64,000 nucleotides of DNA from an uncultured bacterium (GCA_963777505.1 CAVZQN010000004.1:480001-544000); one strand, 5' to 3'. Counted from the stretch's first letter, positions 29,616 to 40,224 are shown. A program made the numbers and translations. The notes: generated by a model not told the origin, from the sequence alone.

Positions 29616-29870
29616 ATCGTGTAGAATGGTGTTGCTGCACCCGATAGGGTTAGAGACATAGTTTTATCGGGGAGTAGGTTTGTTACTGCGTTCGTCCAGA
29701 GTGTCCATTACTCATAGCTAATCATCCCAGGAATAGCTACAGGTGTGCGCAGTCCACCTTCCTCTTGGTTTTTTATTAAAAGGTTTTTAATGTTCAACTT
29801 CCAACTCCAGATTTCTCTTCGTCAGGAAGAGAGTCAGGAACTAACTTCACGATTTCGATGGAGGAGTCAG

Positions 29871-30296
29871 ATGTTACGAGCAAATAAATTGCTCATTTCG
29901 TTTCTAACCATAGCCTTGGTTTCGTTTCTTGTTCTTGGATCCGGAACCCTTTTCGCAGGAGAAAAGAAAGAGGCAGCAAAGAACGATAAAAACACAAAAA
30001 GTGTCTCTGCCATGAAGGTTGGCAAAGATCCTGAAAAAACACTTCGACCTGTAACAAAGAAAGAAGACAAAGAGCTATCAGGGCGGTTAAATGAGACGCT
30101 TAAGAAATATCCGCCTCATGAAGTTCAAAAGCGCGGCGATGGGACACAGTCGAAAGTGGTCGCTCCACAGTTCTTAAATTTCAGCATTGCAACTGTTGGC
30201 AGCAATGGCAAGGTAACTCACACTTGTGTCAAAGGCGAGAAAAAACATATTGATCAGACACAAGCCCAAGTTCAATCACAGCCGGAGGAAAAGTAA
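29871..30296 (+). CDS. Small exported basic protein upstream of the peptidase
   Basis: RBS GGAGGAG + ATG 29871; signal peptide; RGDGTQS...FSIATVGSNGKVTHTCV; stop overlaps next ATG. Confidence 0.75.
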   Translation: MLRANKLLISFLTIALVSFLVLGSGTLFAGEKKEAAKNDKNTKSVSAMKVGKDPEKTLRPVTKKEDKELSGRLNETLKKYPPHEVQKRGDGTQSKVVAPQFLNFSIATVGSNGKVTHTCVKGEKKHIDQTQAQVQSQPEEK

Positions 30297-32008
30297 TGAA
30301 AACAACAAAAAGTTTTCTTCTGGCACTTTTAATCGTTGCACCGTTTCTGCTTTCTCAATCTGCTTTCGCGGTTACGATTACATTAAATAACGTTGATGAT
30401 GCGAATCTGGGCTTCAATGATCCAACACCAGTCGCACCAGTTGGCGGCAATCCTGGAACTACACTCGGTCAACAGCGATTAAATGTTTTTCAAGAAGCTG
30501 CAGAGATCTGGGGAGCCGAACTTACAAGCAATGTGGATGTGATCGTTCAAGCCACGATGCAAGACCGCGGTTTCACTCCCTGTAATGCTACAGGTGCAGT
30601 TCTGGGTGCGGCAGGCACAATTCAAATTTTTGCGGAATTTCCAAATGCTGAATGGCCAAATACCTGGTACCATTCGGCTCTGTCAAACAAACTTGCCGAC
30701 GCGGATATTACACCTGGTCCGCCAGATCCCGGATTTCTAGTACCTCCCTTCAACGATGACATCATCGCGTTCTTCAATCCTAATATCGGACAACCGGGTT
30801 GTCTTGACGGCATTACCTGGTACCTCGGTTTAGACAATAATGCTCCTGCAGGAACAATCGACTTTCTGAATACTGTTTTGCATGAGTTTGGTCATGGCTT
30901 AGGATTCGCAAGCTTTATGGATGATGATGGTACGCTAGCGTCTGATCTACCTGATATTTATTCAGTTTTCACCAAAGACAAAACGCTAGGGAAACAATGG
31001 AATCAAATGACAAATTCACAACGTGGTGCATCGACCATCAATACAAATAATGTTGTATGGAATGGTCCAACTGTTGTTGCTGATGCTCCATTCATCCTTG
31101 AATTTCCAAGTAATTTAATCATCAGCGAACCACCCCCACTTGCGGGAGAAATTCCAATGGGTCTAGCATCTTTTGGTCCACCGGCAACTCCAGCAAATTT
31201 TTCAGGTGAAGTAGTACTTGCTGTGGATGGGACAGCTCCAGTCAATGATGGATGCGAACCGATTACTAATGATCTTACTGGCAAGGTTGCACTTATCGAT
31301 CGTGGATTTTGCACCTTTAATATTAAAGCTGCAAATGCACAGGCTGCAGGGGCAACTGCCGTGATCATTGCAAACACACTGGGACGTCCGGTGTTCAGTC
31401 CTGGTGGAACTGATCCAACAATTACAATTCCCGTAATCGGAATCTCTCAAGCCGATGGTGATGACATTAAAGCGAGTTTGCCAGGTGTGGAAGTTTTCCT
31501 GCAAACGGACTTCGCTCATCGTGCTGGAGCAGATGAAGACAATAACGTGTTATTGTATGCTCCAAATCCTGTTGAGCCAGGATCCTCTACTTCTCACTTT
31601 GATGTTTCAGCAGTTCCAAATCTCTTAATGGAACCAGCAATAAGCGGTGATTTGGAAGGAGCAACAACATTGGATTTAACAACATCAGAAATGACTGACA
31701 TAGGCTGGTCCGATGGACCACACTGTCCCGTCGATTCTGATCAGAGTCCAACGGTTCTAATCGATGGTTGTGATTCCTTAGTTGCCAACGACTTCGGTCC
31801 TTTTGTCGTTTTCCCAAAACCACGAAGAGGAGCGAACCAGGGTAATGTAGCTGGCGGCTGCACAATTGCAGATGTATTGCATACTTGTGTTGCACCGGCG
31901 ACTGGTTCCACTGAAGCTTGTATCAACAGGGTAACCAGGGCTCTTGTACAGGCCGAAATCATCACGAATGATGAGCGGAAAGATATAAAAGAATGTCTTA
32001 ACGATTAA
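30296..32008 (+). CDS. Secreted zinc metallopeptidase with PA domain
   Basis: Signal peptide; LHEFGHGLGF; PA motif GKVALIDRGFCTFNIKAANAQAAGA; SHFD..LLMEP. Confidence 0.88.
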   Translation: MKTTKSFLLALLIVAPFLLSQSAFAVTITLNNVDDANLGFNDPTPVAPVGGNPGTTLGQQRLNVFQEAAEIWGAELTSNVDVIVQATMQDRGFTPCNATGAVLGAAGTIQIFAEFPNAEWPNTWYHSALSNKLADADITPGPPDPGFLVPPFNDDIIAFFNPNIGQPGCLDGITWYLGLDNNAPAGTIDFLNTVLHEFGHGLGFASFMDDDGTLASDLPDIYSVFTKDKTLGKQWNQMTNSQRGASTINTNNVVWNGPTVVADAPFILEFPSNLIISEPPPLAGEIPMGLASFGPPATPANFSGEVVLAVDGTAPVNDGCEPITNDLTGKVALIDRGFCTFNIKAANAQAAGATAVIIANTLGRPVFSPGGTDPTITIPVIGISQADGDDIKASLPGVEVFLQTDFAHRAGADEDNNVLLYAPNPVEPGSSTSHFDVSAVPNLLMEPAISGDLEGATTLDLTTSEMTDIGWSDGPHCPVDSDQSPTVLIDGCDSLVANDFGPFVVFPKPRRGANQGNVAGGCTIADVLHTCVAPATGSTEACINRVTRALVQAEIITNDERKDIKECLND

Positions 32009-32023
32009 GACTGGAAGTTATGA

Positions 32024-32056
32024 GAGGGCGGGCTAATGTTGCTCGCCCTTTTTTTT
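32024..32056 (+). terminator. Intrinsic terminator
   Basis: gagggcgggc-taatgtt-gctcgccctt followed by a T run, just after the stop codon. Confidence 0.85.
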
Positions 32057-32073
32057 GTTTCGAAAATTAGTTT

Positions 32074-32161
32074 GTAGTAAGGCACGCAGCCGAGCGAATG
32101 CGAGGCAGTGCCGTTAAGCCGTTCATGGCACCGTCGACTTCGGCGACTGCGTGCCCTAAAC
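32074..32161. repeat. REP-like family 2, inverted doublet
   Basis: gtagtaaggcacgcag-[hairpin]-gcagtgccgtt followed by inverted unit ggcaccgtcgacttcggcgactgcgtgcccta. Confidence 0.8.
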
Positions 32162-32171
32162 AACGAACGAT

Positions 32172-34913
32172 CTAAAAACCATCGCCGATTAAAACGTAAG
32201 GCGCCCAATAAAATGGATGACGATATTGATCAGTGTGAAGTAGTTTTAAGGCAGCCTGGCGTAAGGCTTCAGATTTTGTCTTCTTCGATATCAAGTTCTT
32301 GTGAAACTCGAGCATTAGTTCTGTTGTGCTGGCAGAATCAACTTTCCATTGGCTTGCGATTGTTGTCGGGCTTCCTGCGACAAATAAAGACCACGACAGT
32401 CCAATCATTCCTTCTCCTCTCTGAACTTTACCGAGAGCCGTATCACACGCAGACAAGACAACAAGATCAGCATTGAGCTTGAGATTCATAATTTCCCATG
32501 CTTCCAATATGCCGTCTTCTTCTCCGTCTGTGTCAGGCGCAAGGATTAGTTGCGAATACATCGGTGCTACATCATTCACGATTCCGTGAGTTGCCAGATG
32601 TAAAATATTGAATTGGCCGGCGCCGTTTTTTATTCGATCTTCTCGTGCCTCAGAGCCTACGAATACTTTGCTGTGATCATTTCCATAAAGACTTTTTAAC
32701 GCAATGACTTCTCTTTCTGCTTCAGGGAGAGGATCAAGCGTATCGTTTTGATAAATACGCCTCACTTTTTCGAGAGTTTGTTTGCCGAATGTCGGATTTC
32801 CGAATGCAAGCAAACTCGCGGCTTTCGTGGCGCGGCCTTGGTGTAAGCTTTTTGTTTCTCGCAACACAGTAAAAGAAGGAACGTAACTTAATGCATGATT
32901 TTCAAGAAGGAATCGATGCTCGCCTGTTTGTAATGCTTGAAATGGAAGTGACCATAGAACATCATCGGCAACCACAATGAGATTGTTTTTGTTTTTTATA
33001 TCTTCCGCAACGGGTCCAATAAGTAAGTCGAACAATGCATTCGCTAATGGTAAAAAACCGGGATCGCGGGCGCCCATCTTTATGCGAAAGTCCGCAACGC
33101 GTTCAGCGAGGTCTTCTTGCGTAATCGGAATTGTGTACACACTCGGAACCTTTTTCTCTGAGTTTAAGAAAAAGAGAAACGTACTTTTATCAGTAACTAC
33201 ATACTCTAAAAGTGCAGTGTTGGTATCAGCGAAGAGTTTGATCGCTTCAGTTGCTTCGACCGGATTCGCTTCGCCGCGATGAACTTTGAGTTCCGGATGG
33301 GCCGAGTAAAGCTTCATTCGAAAGGATTCGAAATTCAAACGTGCTTTTTGGATCTGTGATTCCAGATCAGACAAACGTTTTTGATCAGGGTTAGAATTCA
33401 TTCTTTCTTCGCGAATCTTGCTATTTAAAGAGGTCAACTCTTTATAGTATTTCTGTTCCTGATCTTTTTCTTCGACTGTCATCTTTTCGGAAATATTGTT
33501 TTTGCCACTGCGGGCTACATCCAACAAGACCCGCGCTTTAGCTTCCTCCGCATAAGCAAAAGCCTTTGAAGAATCCCCTTCACTTATTAACAGATCAATC
33601 ATTTCATGATACGGAGATACTTTTTCTGAAAAGTGTCCTTGCTGTTCCATTTCATCGCCGGCAACAAGCGATCGCCAATCTTCAATCGTAGCAATCGCTT
33701 CCGCAAATGATTCTTTTGCCAGCTCTTGCTGATTCAGCGAGCGATGAGCTTTTCCTTTCGCTTCTAAAGCATTCCAGATTGATTGACGGATTCCAATCTT
33801 TTTTGCTTCAGTTACAGCGTTAACTGCATACTGCAACGATTTTTCATAGTCGGACTTCAAATAGTAAACAGTCGCCGCAAGCCGCTGCGAATCGGTCATT
33901 CCAAGGCCGTAATTCATTTCTCGCGCGATTTCCAAACCTTTCATGCCGAACTTCAAAGCCTGATCATAATCACCCATGTCACGATATTTATTTCCAATGT
34001 TGATACAGGCGCGCACAGTGAGCCGTTTGTCTCCCAATTCTTCCGCAATCGCAAGACTCTTTTTGTTGTACTCCAATGCCTTGTCGTAACTTTTCAAAAG
34101 ACGAACATCGCCCATGTTGTTCAGAACGTAGGCCGCATTCAAGCGGTCACCTATTTCTTCTCTCAAGGCCAGGCTTTTCTGATAGTAGTCCAGGGCAAGT
34201 TCATAATTTCCCTGGCGGTCATACAGGATGGCGATACTGTTCAGGTTGCTTGCAGCGAGTTCCTTGTTGCCGATTTCTTTTTGAAGAACAAGACTCTTTT
34301 CCAGAAACTCTAACGCAATTGAATAATCTCCCTGATCCATGTTGAATGATCCGATACAGTAAAGACCTGCTGCAATTTGGAGTTTATCTTGCGATTCTTC
34401 AGCAGTCCGAAGACTTTTCTGACAGTATTCCATGGCACGTTCTGGATTTTCGTCGTATTCGACATACGCAAGGCTCCTCAAACATCCTGCCGCCAGGGTT
34501 TTGTCATTGACCTCATTTGCAATCGCAAGACTTTTTTGAAAATGATCCAGAGCCAATGCTCTATTTCCTTCTATATCATGCAAAATACCGATGCCTCGCA
34601 AAGAGTAGCCGACACCAGCTCGGTCCCCGATCTGTTCCGCTGCGCGTTTAGCAAGGTTATAAACTGCAAGTGCACCAGGGAAGTCGTTTTTAACGCGGAG
34701 CTTGTTCCCTTCTTCGATTAATGCTTTTCGAAGTTCGACTGTGACGGCATTTTTGTTCGAATCCAAAATGTGTGAACGCTCTTCATCAGATTTTGCAGCA
34801 AGCAAATCGGAAAGGACTGCTTGGTCGAAAATCTTACTTTCTTCTGCCGAAATGCTGAAGCAGATGAAAACCAAAAGGACCAGAAGAGAGTGTCGAGGAA
34901 GGTGTTTGGTCAT
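32172..34913 (-). CDS. TPR + CHAT (caspase-like) protein with N-terminal signal
   Basis: Likely start MTKHLP at 34913; multiple TPRs; LHLATHG and LSACDT dyad; HPFYWAPY. Confidence 0.92.
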   Translation of the reverse strand: MTKHLPRHSLLVLLVFICFSISAEESKIFDQAVLSDLLAAKSDEERSHILDSNKNAVTVELRKALIEEGNKLRVKNDFPGALAVYNLAKRAAEQIGDRAGVGYSLRGIGILHDIEGNRALALDHFQKSLAIANEVNDKTLAAGCLRSLAYVEYDENPERAMEYCQKSLRTAEESQDKLQIAAGLYCIGSFNMDQGDYSIALEFLEKSLVLQKEIGNKELAASNLNSIAILYDRQGNYELALDYYQKSLALREEIGDRLNAAYVLNNMGDVRLLKSYDKALEYNKKSLAIAEELGDKRLTVRACINIGNKYRDMGDYDQALKFGMKGLEIAREMNYGLGMTDSQRLAATVYYLKSDYEKSLQYAVNAVTEAKKIGIRQSIWNALEAKGKAHRSLNQQELAKESFAEAIATIEDWRSLVAGDEMEQQGHFSEKVSPYHEMIDLLISEGDSSKAFAYAEEAKARVLLDVARSGKNNISEKMTVEEKDQEQKYYKELTSLNSKIREERMNSNPDQKRLSDLESQIQKARLNFESFRMKLYSAHPELKVHRGEANPVEATEAIKLFADTNTALLEYVVTDKSTFLFFLNSEKKVPSVYTIPITQEDLAERVADFRIKMGARDPGFLPLANALFDLLIGPVAEDIKNKNNLIVVADDVLWSLPFQALQTGEHRFLLENHALSYVPSFTVLRETKSLHQGRATKAASLLAFGNPTFGKQTLEKVRRIYQNDTLDPLPEAEREVIALKSLYGNDHSKVFVGSEAREDRIKNGAGQFNILHLATHGIVNDVAPMYSQLILAPDTDGEEDGILEAWEIMNLKLNADLVVLSACDTALGKVQRGEGMIGLSWSLFVAGSPTTIASQWKVDSASTTELMLEFHKNLISKKTKSEALRQAALKLLHTDQYRHPFYWAPYVLIGDGF

Positions 34914-35027
34914 TGGGTCCTGGCTGAAACGATTGGACGAATGGAATAAGAAGACATAAACATTATAACAAGAAACTTCTTCTTGGAGATAAAAGGTGAA
35001 AGAATAGTATGTGGAGTGAAGTAAGGA

Positions 35028-35489
35028 ATGAATGTTGCTATTAGCGCCGATCATGCGGGGTTTCAATTAAAACAACTTGTAACCGTCTATCTTAGGAATG
35101 CCGGTTACATGGTAATGGATCTTGGGACTCACAATGAGGATCCTGTTGATTATCCCGATTTTGCTGAAGCAGTCGGGCGTGCTTTGCTGGATGGAAAAGC
35201 GGAGCGTGGAATTGTTATTTGCGGTAGTGGTGTCGGAGCATGCGTTGCTGCGAACAAGATTCGTGGTATCCGTGCCGGTATATGCCATGATCACTATTCC
35301 GCACATCAAGGTGTTGAGCATGATGACATGAATGTTCTGGTTCTCGGAGCAAGAGTGATTGGAATTGAAATGGCAAAAGAATTGGCTGCGGCATTTTTGA
35401 ACGCAAAGTTTTCCGGGGAAGAACGTCATAAAAAAAGGTTGGCTAAAGTAAAGGCACTTGAAAATGAATGGCGTCCCAATCCTAAATGA
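35028..35489 (+). CDS. rpiB: Ribose-5-phosphate isomerase B
   Basis: ADHAG, DYPD, CGSGVG, ANK, RH. Confidence 0.95.
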   Translation: MNVAISADHAGFQLKQLVTVYLRNAGYMVMDLGTHNEDPVDYPDFAEAVGRALLDGKAERGIVICGSGVGACVAANKIRGIRAGICHDHYSAHQGVEHDDMNVLVLGARVIGIEMAKELAAAFLNAKFSGEERHKKRLAKVKALENEWRPNPK

Positions 35490-35492
35490 GGT

Positions 35493-38324
35493 GTGAGCAT
35501 GAATCCATTGAAGACATTACAGGAATATCGGCAATCCGTCTGGCTGGATTACATTCGCAGAAATTTGATGACAAGCGGTGAATTAAACCGGCTGATTGAA
35601 GAAGATGGTTTACGAGGCTTAACTTCCAATCCTGCAATTTTTGAGAAAGCCATCGCAGGCAGCAATGATTATGAAGTGACTCTGAAAGAATTAATCTCTC
35701 AAGGATCGAATTCAAAATCCATTTACGAAGAAATCGCGATTCAAGACATCAAGGATGCAGCCGATGCGATGAATCCTGTTTATTCGCAAACGAAGAAACG
35801 GGATGGCTATGTTAGCCTTGAAGTTTCGCCTGATCTAGCTCATGACACAGAAGGTACGCTCCAGGAAGCGCGTCGCTTATGGAAAATAGTGAATCGTCCA
35901 AATGTAATGATTAAAGTTCCTGGTACACGTGAAGGCGTTCCAGCAATACAACAGCTCATTAGCGAAGGCATTAATATCAACATAACTTTGCTATTTTCTC
36001 AGTCTGCATACGAACAAGTTGTAGAGGCTTTTATTTCTGGAATGGAAAAGCGCGCGTCTGAAGGTGGCGATCTTTCGCATGTTGCAAGCGTCGCTAGTTT
36101 TTTCGTTAGCAGAATCGATACCTTAATTGACGGCATCATAGAGGAACGTTTAAAAACTACTCAAAAGGGGACCGAAGAAAATTTGCTTCGCGGCATTATG
36201 GGCAAGATTGCAATTGCGAATGCAAAGCTCACATATCAGCGATATCGTGAATTATTTGGAAACGACCGCTGGCAAGCTCTTGCATCGAAAGGCGCGACAA
36301 CGCAGCGGGTCCTTTGGGCAAGCACAAGTACGAAGAATCCAAACTACCGCGATGTAATTTATATTGAAGAACTCATCGGACCGGAAACGATCAACACAAT
36401 TCCTCCTGCCACTTTCGACGCATTTCGAGATCATGGCCAAATCAGGCCGAGTTTAACCGAAGGTGTTGAAGATGCGCGAATTACGATGGAAACTCTTGCA
36501 CGTCTTGGAATTTCAATGCAAGAGGTTACAGACAAGTTGCTTGTTGATGGGGTGCGTCTTTTTGATGATGCTTTCAAAAAGTTACTCGCAGCAATTGAAA
36601 CAAAACGCAATTCCTTCAAGCCGCCGCAAATTAATCGGATGACTTACTCTTTGCCTGAAAATCTGAAAAAAAAAGTTCACGAGGTTTTGGCAGATTGGAA
36701 TGAGCGTGGAAAAGTTCACAGTCTTTGGGCGCGTGATGCATCCTTGTGGAGTGGTCAGGATGAAGCGAATTGGCTCGGTTGGCTTGGCATCACGCAAACT
36801 CAGTTAGCGAATGCGGAGCGTTTCAAAGTCTTTGCGAAAGAAATTCATGATGCTGGTTTTACTCACATCTTATTGCTCGGTATGGGAGGCTCCAGTCTTT
36901 GCCCGGAAGTTCTTGCAATGACATTTGGAAAAATTGACGGCCACCCTGAGCTTCATATTTTGGATTCAACTGATCCCGCCCAGGTTCTTGCAACGGAAAA
37001 AAAGATAGATATTGCGAAAACGCTGTTCATTGTTTCAAGCAAATCAGGCGGAACTCTTGAGCCGAATATCTTCAAACAATATTTTTTCCAACAAGCAAAA
37101 CAAGCTCTTGGTGAAAAAGCAGCTGAACATTTTGTAGCAATCACGGATCCGGATTCAAAAATGGAGCGTGTGGCAAAGGCTGATCGTTTTAGCCACATCT
37201 TTCATGGTCTTCCGAGTATCGGCGGACGATATTCAGCGCTGTCAGATTTTGGAATGATCCCGGCTGCAGCAATGGGCATCGATGTTTCTCTATTTTTAGA
37301 TCGTGCCGAAGAGATGGTTCAAGCTTGCGCATCCTGTGTAAAAGCAAATGACAACCCTGGAGTATTGTTAGGTGTGATTTTAGGAATTGCTGCGGAAAGC
37401 GGACGAAACAAACTTACGATCATTGCTTCGCCGGGAATCCATGACTTAGGTGCGTGGCTAGAACAATTAATTGCAGAATCAACAGGAAAAGAAGGAAAAG
37501 GGATCATCCCGGTGGATCGTGAAAATCCGGCAGCGCCTGAATCGTATGGCAATGATCGAATGTTTGTGTATTTGCGATTGCAAGGTGCGCCCGATACTTC
37601 ACAAGATGCTGCTGTAGAGGCTCTCGAACGCGGTGGACAGCCTGTTGTTCGGGTTCAGGTCGACGAAAAGTATGACCTTGGTGAAGAATTTTTTCGCTGG
37701 GAAATCGCGACTTCTGTTGCTGGCTCAATCATGAAAATCAATCCATTTAATCAACCCGATGTTGAAGCTGCGAAAATCGCCGCACGTGCGTTAACCGATG
37801 AATATGAAAAAACGGGATCACTTCCGGCAGAAGAACCCATGCTGGAAGAAAATGGAATCCGTTTGTTTACAGATGAACGGAATTTGTCAGAGTTAAAAGG
37901 TAATTCAACATTGCAAGCTGTTTTGAACGCTCATATCAAGCGGATTCAACCAGGTGATTATTTTGCTTTACTGGCATACCTTGAGATGAGCAGCGCAAAC
38001 GAAGAAATATTGCAACAAATCAGACATGTTGTGAGGGATCGAACACGCGCAGCAACCTGTCTTGGTTTTGGACCAAGATTTCTTCATTCAACCGGTCAGG
38101 CATACAAAGGTGGACCGAATACAGGAATATTTTTGCAAATCACATGTGATGATGCGGTGGATGTCCCGGTGCCTGGTCAAAAATATACATTCGGAGTGGT
38201 GAAATCTGCGCAAGCTCGCGGTGATTTTCAAGTACTTCTGGAACGCGGACGTCGCGCCCTTCGTGTGCATCTCGGCAAAAATGTTCAAGCGGATTTGAAA
38301 GTATTACTGAATGCTATTCGTTAA
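35493..38324 (+). CDS. Bifunctional transaldolase / phosphoglucose isomerase
   Basis: WLD, TSNPAIF, MIKVPG, FFVSRID; then GMGGSSL, SKSGGT, GGRYS, EQLIAESTGK, NQPDVE. Confidence 0.94.
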   Translation: MSMNPLKTLQEYRQSVWLDYIRRNLMTSGELNRLIEEDGLRGLTSNPAIFEKAIAGSNDYEVTLKELISQGSNSKSIYEEIAIQDIKDAADAMNPVYSQTKKRDGYVSLEVSPDLAHDTEGTLQEARRLWKIVNRPNVMIKVPGTREGVPAIQQLISEGININITLLFSQSAYEQVVEAFISGMEKRASEGGDLSHVASVASFFVSRIDTLIDGIIEERLKTTQKGTEENLLRGIMGKIAIANAKLTYQRYRELFGNDRWQALASKGATTQRVLWASTSTKNPNYRDVIYIEELIGPETINTIPPATFDAFRDHGQIRPSLTEGVEDARITMETLARLGISMQEVTDKLLVDGVRLFDDAFKKLLAAIETKRNSFKPPQINRMTYSLPENLKKKVHEVLADWNERGKVHSLWARDASLWSGQDEANWLGWLGITQTQLANAERFKVFAKEIHDAGFTHILLLGMGGSSLCPEVLAMTFGKIDGHPELHILDSTDPAQVLATEKKIDIAKTLFIVSSKSGGTLEPNIFKQYFFQQAKQALGEKAAEHFVAITDPDSKMERVAKADRFSHIFHGLPSIGGRYSALSDFGMIPAAAMGIDVSLFLDRAEEMVQACASCVKANDNPGVLLGVILGIAAESGRNKLTIIASPGIHDLGAWLEQLIAESTGKEGKGIIPVDRENPAAPESYGNDRMFVYLRLQGAPDTSQDAAVEALERGGQPVVRVQVDEKYDLGEEFFRWEIATSVAGSIMKINPFNQPDVEAAKIAARALTDEYEKTGSLPAEEPMLEENGIRLFTDERNLSELKGNSTLQAVLNAHIKRIQPGDYFALLAYLEMSSANEEILQQIRHVVRDRTRAATCLGFGPRFLHSTGQAYKGGPNTGIFLQITCDDAVDVPVPGQKYTFGVVKSAQARGDFQVLLERGRRALRVHLGKNVQADLKVLLNAIR

Positions 38325-38398
38325 GTAGGGGCGGGTCTAAGACCCGCCCGGCTCGGAAAGAATAAATTCATTCGGGCGGGTCTTAGACCCGCCCCTAC
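38325..38398. repeat. REP family 1 inverted doublet (REPIN-like)
   Basis: gtaggggcgggtctaagacccgccc ... gggcgggtcttagacccgcccctac. Confidence 0.9.
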
Positions 38399-38424
38399 CA
38401 ACTCCGAAAAATAACGAGGATCCT

Positions 38425-39435
38425 ATGCAAATTGGAATGATTGGTTTAGGCCGGATGGGTTCAAATATGGTGCGCCGTTTACTTCGCGGCGGTCATCAAT
38501 GTGTTGTATTCGACATGAATCCGGAAGCAGTTGCGGGGTTAGAAAAAGAAGGAGCCGTAGGTTCATCATCGATGAATGATTTTGTATCCAAATTAAATCC
38601 TCCGCGTGCAATTTGGATGATGGTGCCTGCTGCTGTTGTAGATAAGGTGATTGCTCAAGTTGCTCCGCTTCTAAAACAGAATGACATTTTGATTGATGGC
38701 GGTAACTCTCATTATGTTGATGACATACGGCGCGCGAAAGAACTTGAAGCAAAAGGCGTTCATTATGTTGATGTTGGTACCAGTGGTGGAGTATGGGGTT
38801 TGGAGCGCGGATACTGTTTGATGATTGGTGGCCTTGATAATCCTGTTCAATATCTCGATCCGGTTTTCAAAACACTCTCACCCGGACCTGGAACGATTCC
38901 ATCAACTCCGGAACGAAAGAAATCGCAAAGCACAGCAGAAGATGGTTACTTGCATTGTGGTTCTTCAGGCGCGGGTCATTTTGTGAAAATGGTCCACAAT
39001 GGAATTGAATATGGTTTGATGGCCGCATACGCAGAAGGATTAAATATTTTGCGCCATGCAAATGTTGGAATGCGAGAACATTCACTGGATGCTGAAACGA
39101 CACCTCTACGCAATCCGGAACATTATCAGTATGAACTCCCAATTGCCGAAATTACAGAACTCTGGCGCAGAGGGAGTGTCGTTGCTTCCTGGCTGCTGGA
39201 CTTAACAGCCAATGCGCTTGCACGCGATTCCAATTTGTCGAACTTCGGCGGAAAGGTTGCGGATTCCGGGGAAGGGCGTTGGACCATCCAAGCGGCAATC
39301 GAAGAAGGCACTCCTGTTCCTGTTCTGAGCGCTTCGTTATATCAACGCTTCAGCTCACGTGGTAATGATGAGTTCGCCCAAAAATTACTTTCTGCTATGC
39401 GATTCGAATTTGGCGGCCACTCAGAGAAGAAATAA
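38425..39435 (+). CDS. gnd: 6-phosphogluconate dehydrogenase, decarboxylating (short type)
   Basis: [27 protein letters not shown]. Confidence 0.95.
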   Translation: MQIGMIGLGRMGSNMVRRLLRGGHQCVVFDMNPEAVAGLEKEGAVGSSSMNDFVSKLNPPRAIWMMVPAAVVDKVIAQVAPLLKQNDILIDGGNSHYVDDIRRAKELEAKGVHYVDVGTSGGVWGLERGYCLMIGGLDNPVQYLDPVFKTLSPGPGTIPSTPERKKSQSTAEDGYLHCGSSGAGHFVKMVHNGIEYGLMAAYAEGLNILRHANVGMREHSLDAETTPLRNPEHYQYELPIAEITELWRRGSVVASWLLDLTANALARDSNLSNFGGKVADSGEGRWTIQAAIEEGTPVPVLSASLYQRFSSRGNDEFAQKLLSAMRFEFGGHSEKK

Positions 39436-39458
39436 ACCAAGAAGTCACGGAGAGTAAT

Positions 39459-40202
39459 ACGCAAGAGGAAATTATAAAACTTGAATCTGCTGAACATGTC
39501 AGTCAGGTTGCTGCTGAAGAATTTTTGCAGCAGTCATTAGCCGCAGCAAAAACTGACGGTCTATTCCGCGTTGCACTTTCCGGAGGTTCAACGCCAAAAA
39601 AGTTATATTCCAAACTTGCGCAAGAAGTGAAGTATCGTGACGCCATTCCATGGAATCTCATCCATTTTTTTTGGGGAGATGAACGAACGGTCTCTCCGGA
39701 TCATGAAGACAGCAACTTTCACATGGCCCGGGAGGCAATGCTAAGGCACATCGATGTCGACGAATCTCAAATACATCGGATTCCTGCGGAAGACCCTGAC
39801 GTTGATATGGCAGCATCAAAATATGAACTTGAAATACGAAATCATTTCAATATTCCCTCGCCTGAAGTGCCTAAATTTGATTTGATTTTTCTTGGACTTG
39901 GGACTGATGGTCATACAGCTTCATTGTTTCCGGGAACCGAAGCGTTGCGTGAAACAAACAGGCTGGTTGTTGCAAATTATGTTGAAAAACTGAAGACGCA
40001 TCGAATTTCAATAACATTCCCAATTATCAACCAGGCTAAGTGTGTGATTTTTCTTGTATGCGGTGATGATAAGGCAATCGCTCTAAAAGCTGTTTTAGAA
40101 GGGCCGCAAAATCCGGAACTCTATCCTGCACAATTAGTTCGCCCTGAAGGCCGATTGGTCTGGCTGATTGATCAGCCGGCACGGTCCCTTTTGAGTGTTT
40201 AG
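39459..40202 (+). CDS. pgl: 6-phosphogluconolactonase (start uncertain)
   Basis: ALSGGSTP, WGDER, SNF, LGLGTDGHTASLFP; frame open upstream of the tracked TTG at 39525. Confidence 0.92.
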   Translation, partial: TQEEIIKLESAEHVSQVAAEEFLQQSLAAAKTDGLFRVALSGGSTPKKLYSKLAQEVKYRDAIPWNLIHFFWGDERTVSPDHEDSNFHMAREAMLRHIDVDESQIHRIPAEDPDVDMAASKYELEIRNHFNIPSPEVPKFDLIFLGLGTDGHTASLFPGTEALRETNRLVVANYVEKLKTHRISITFPIINQAKCVIFLVCGDDKAIALKAVLEGPQNPELYPAQLVRPEGRLVWLIDQPARSLLSV

Positions 40203-40224
40203 TCTTAGACGTTGGATAGCGATT

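Noticed and set aside
34914-35066. N-terminal extension of the CHAT ORF to 35066
   Set aside because: Overlaps rpiB head-to-head; a signal peptide begins at Met 34913
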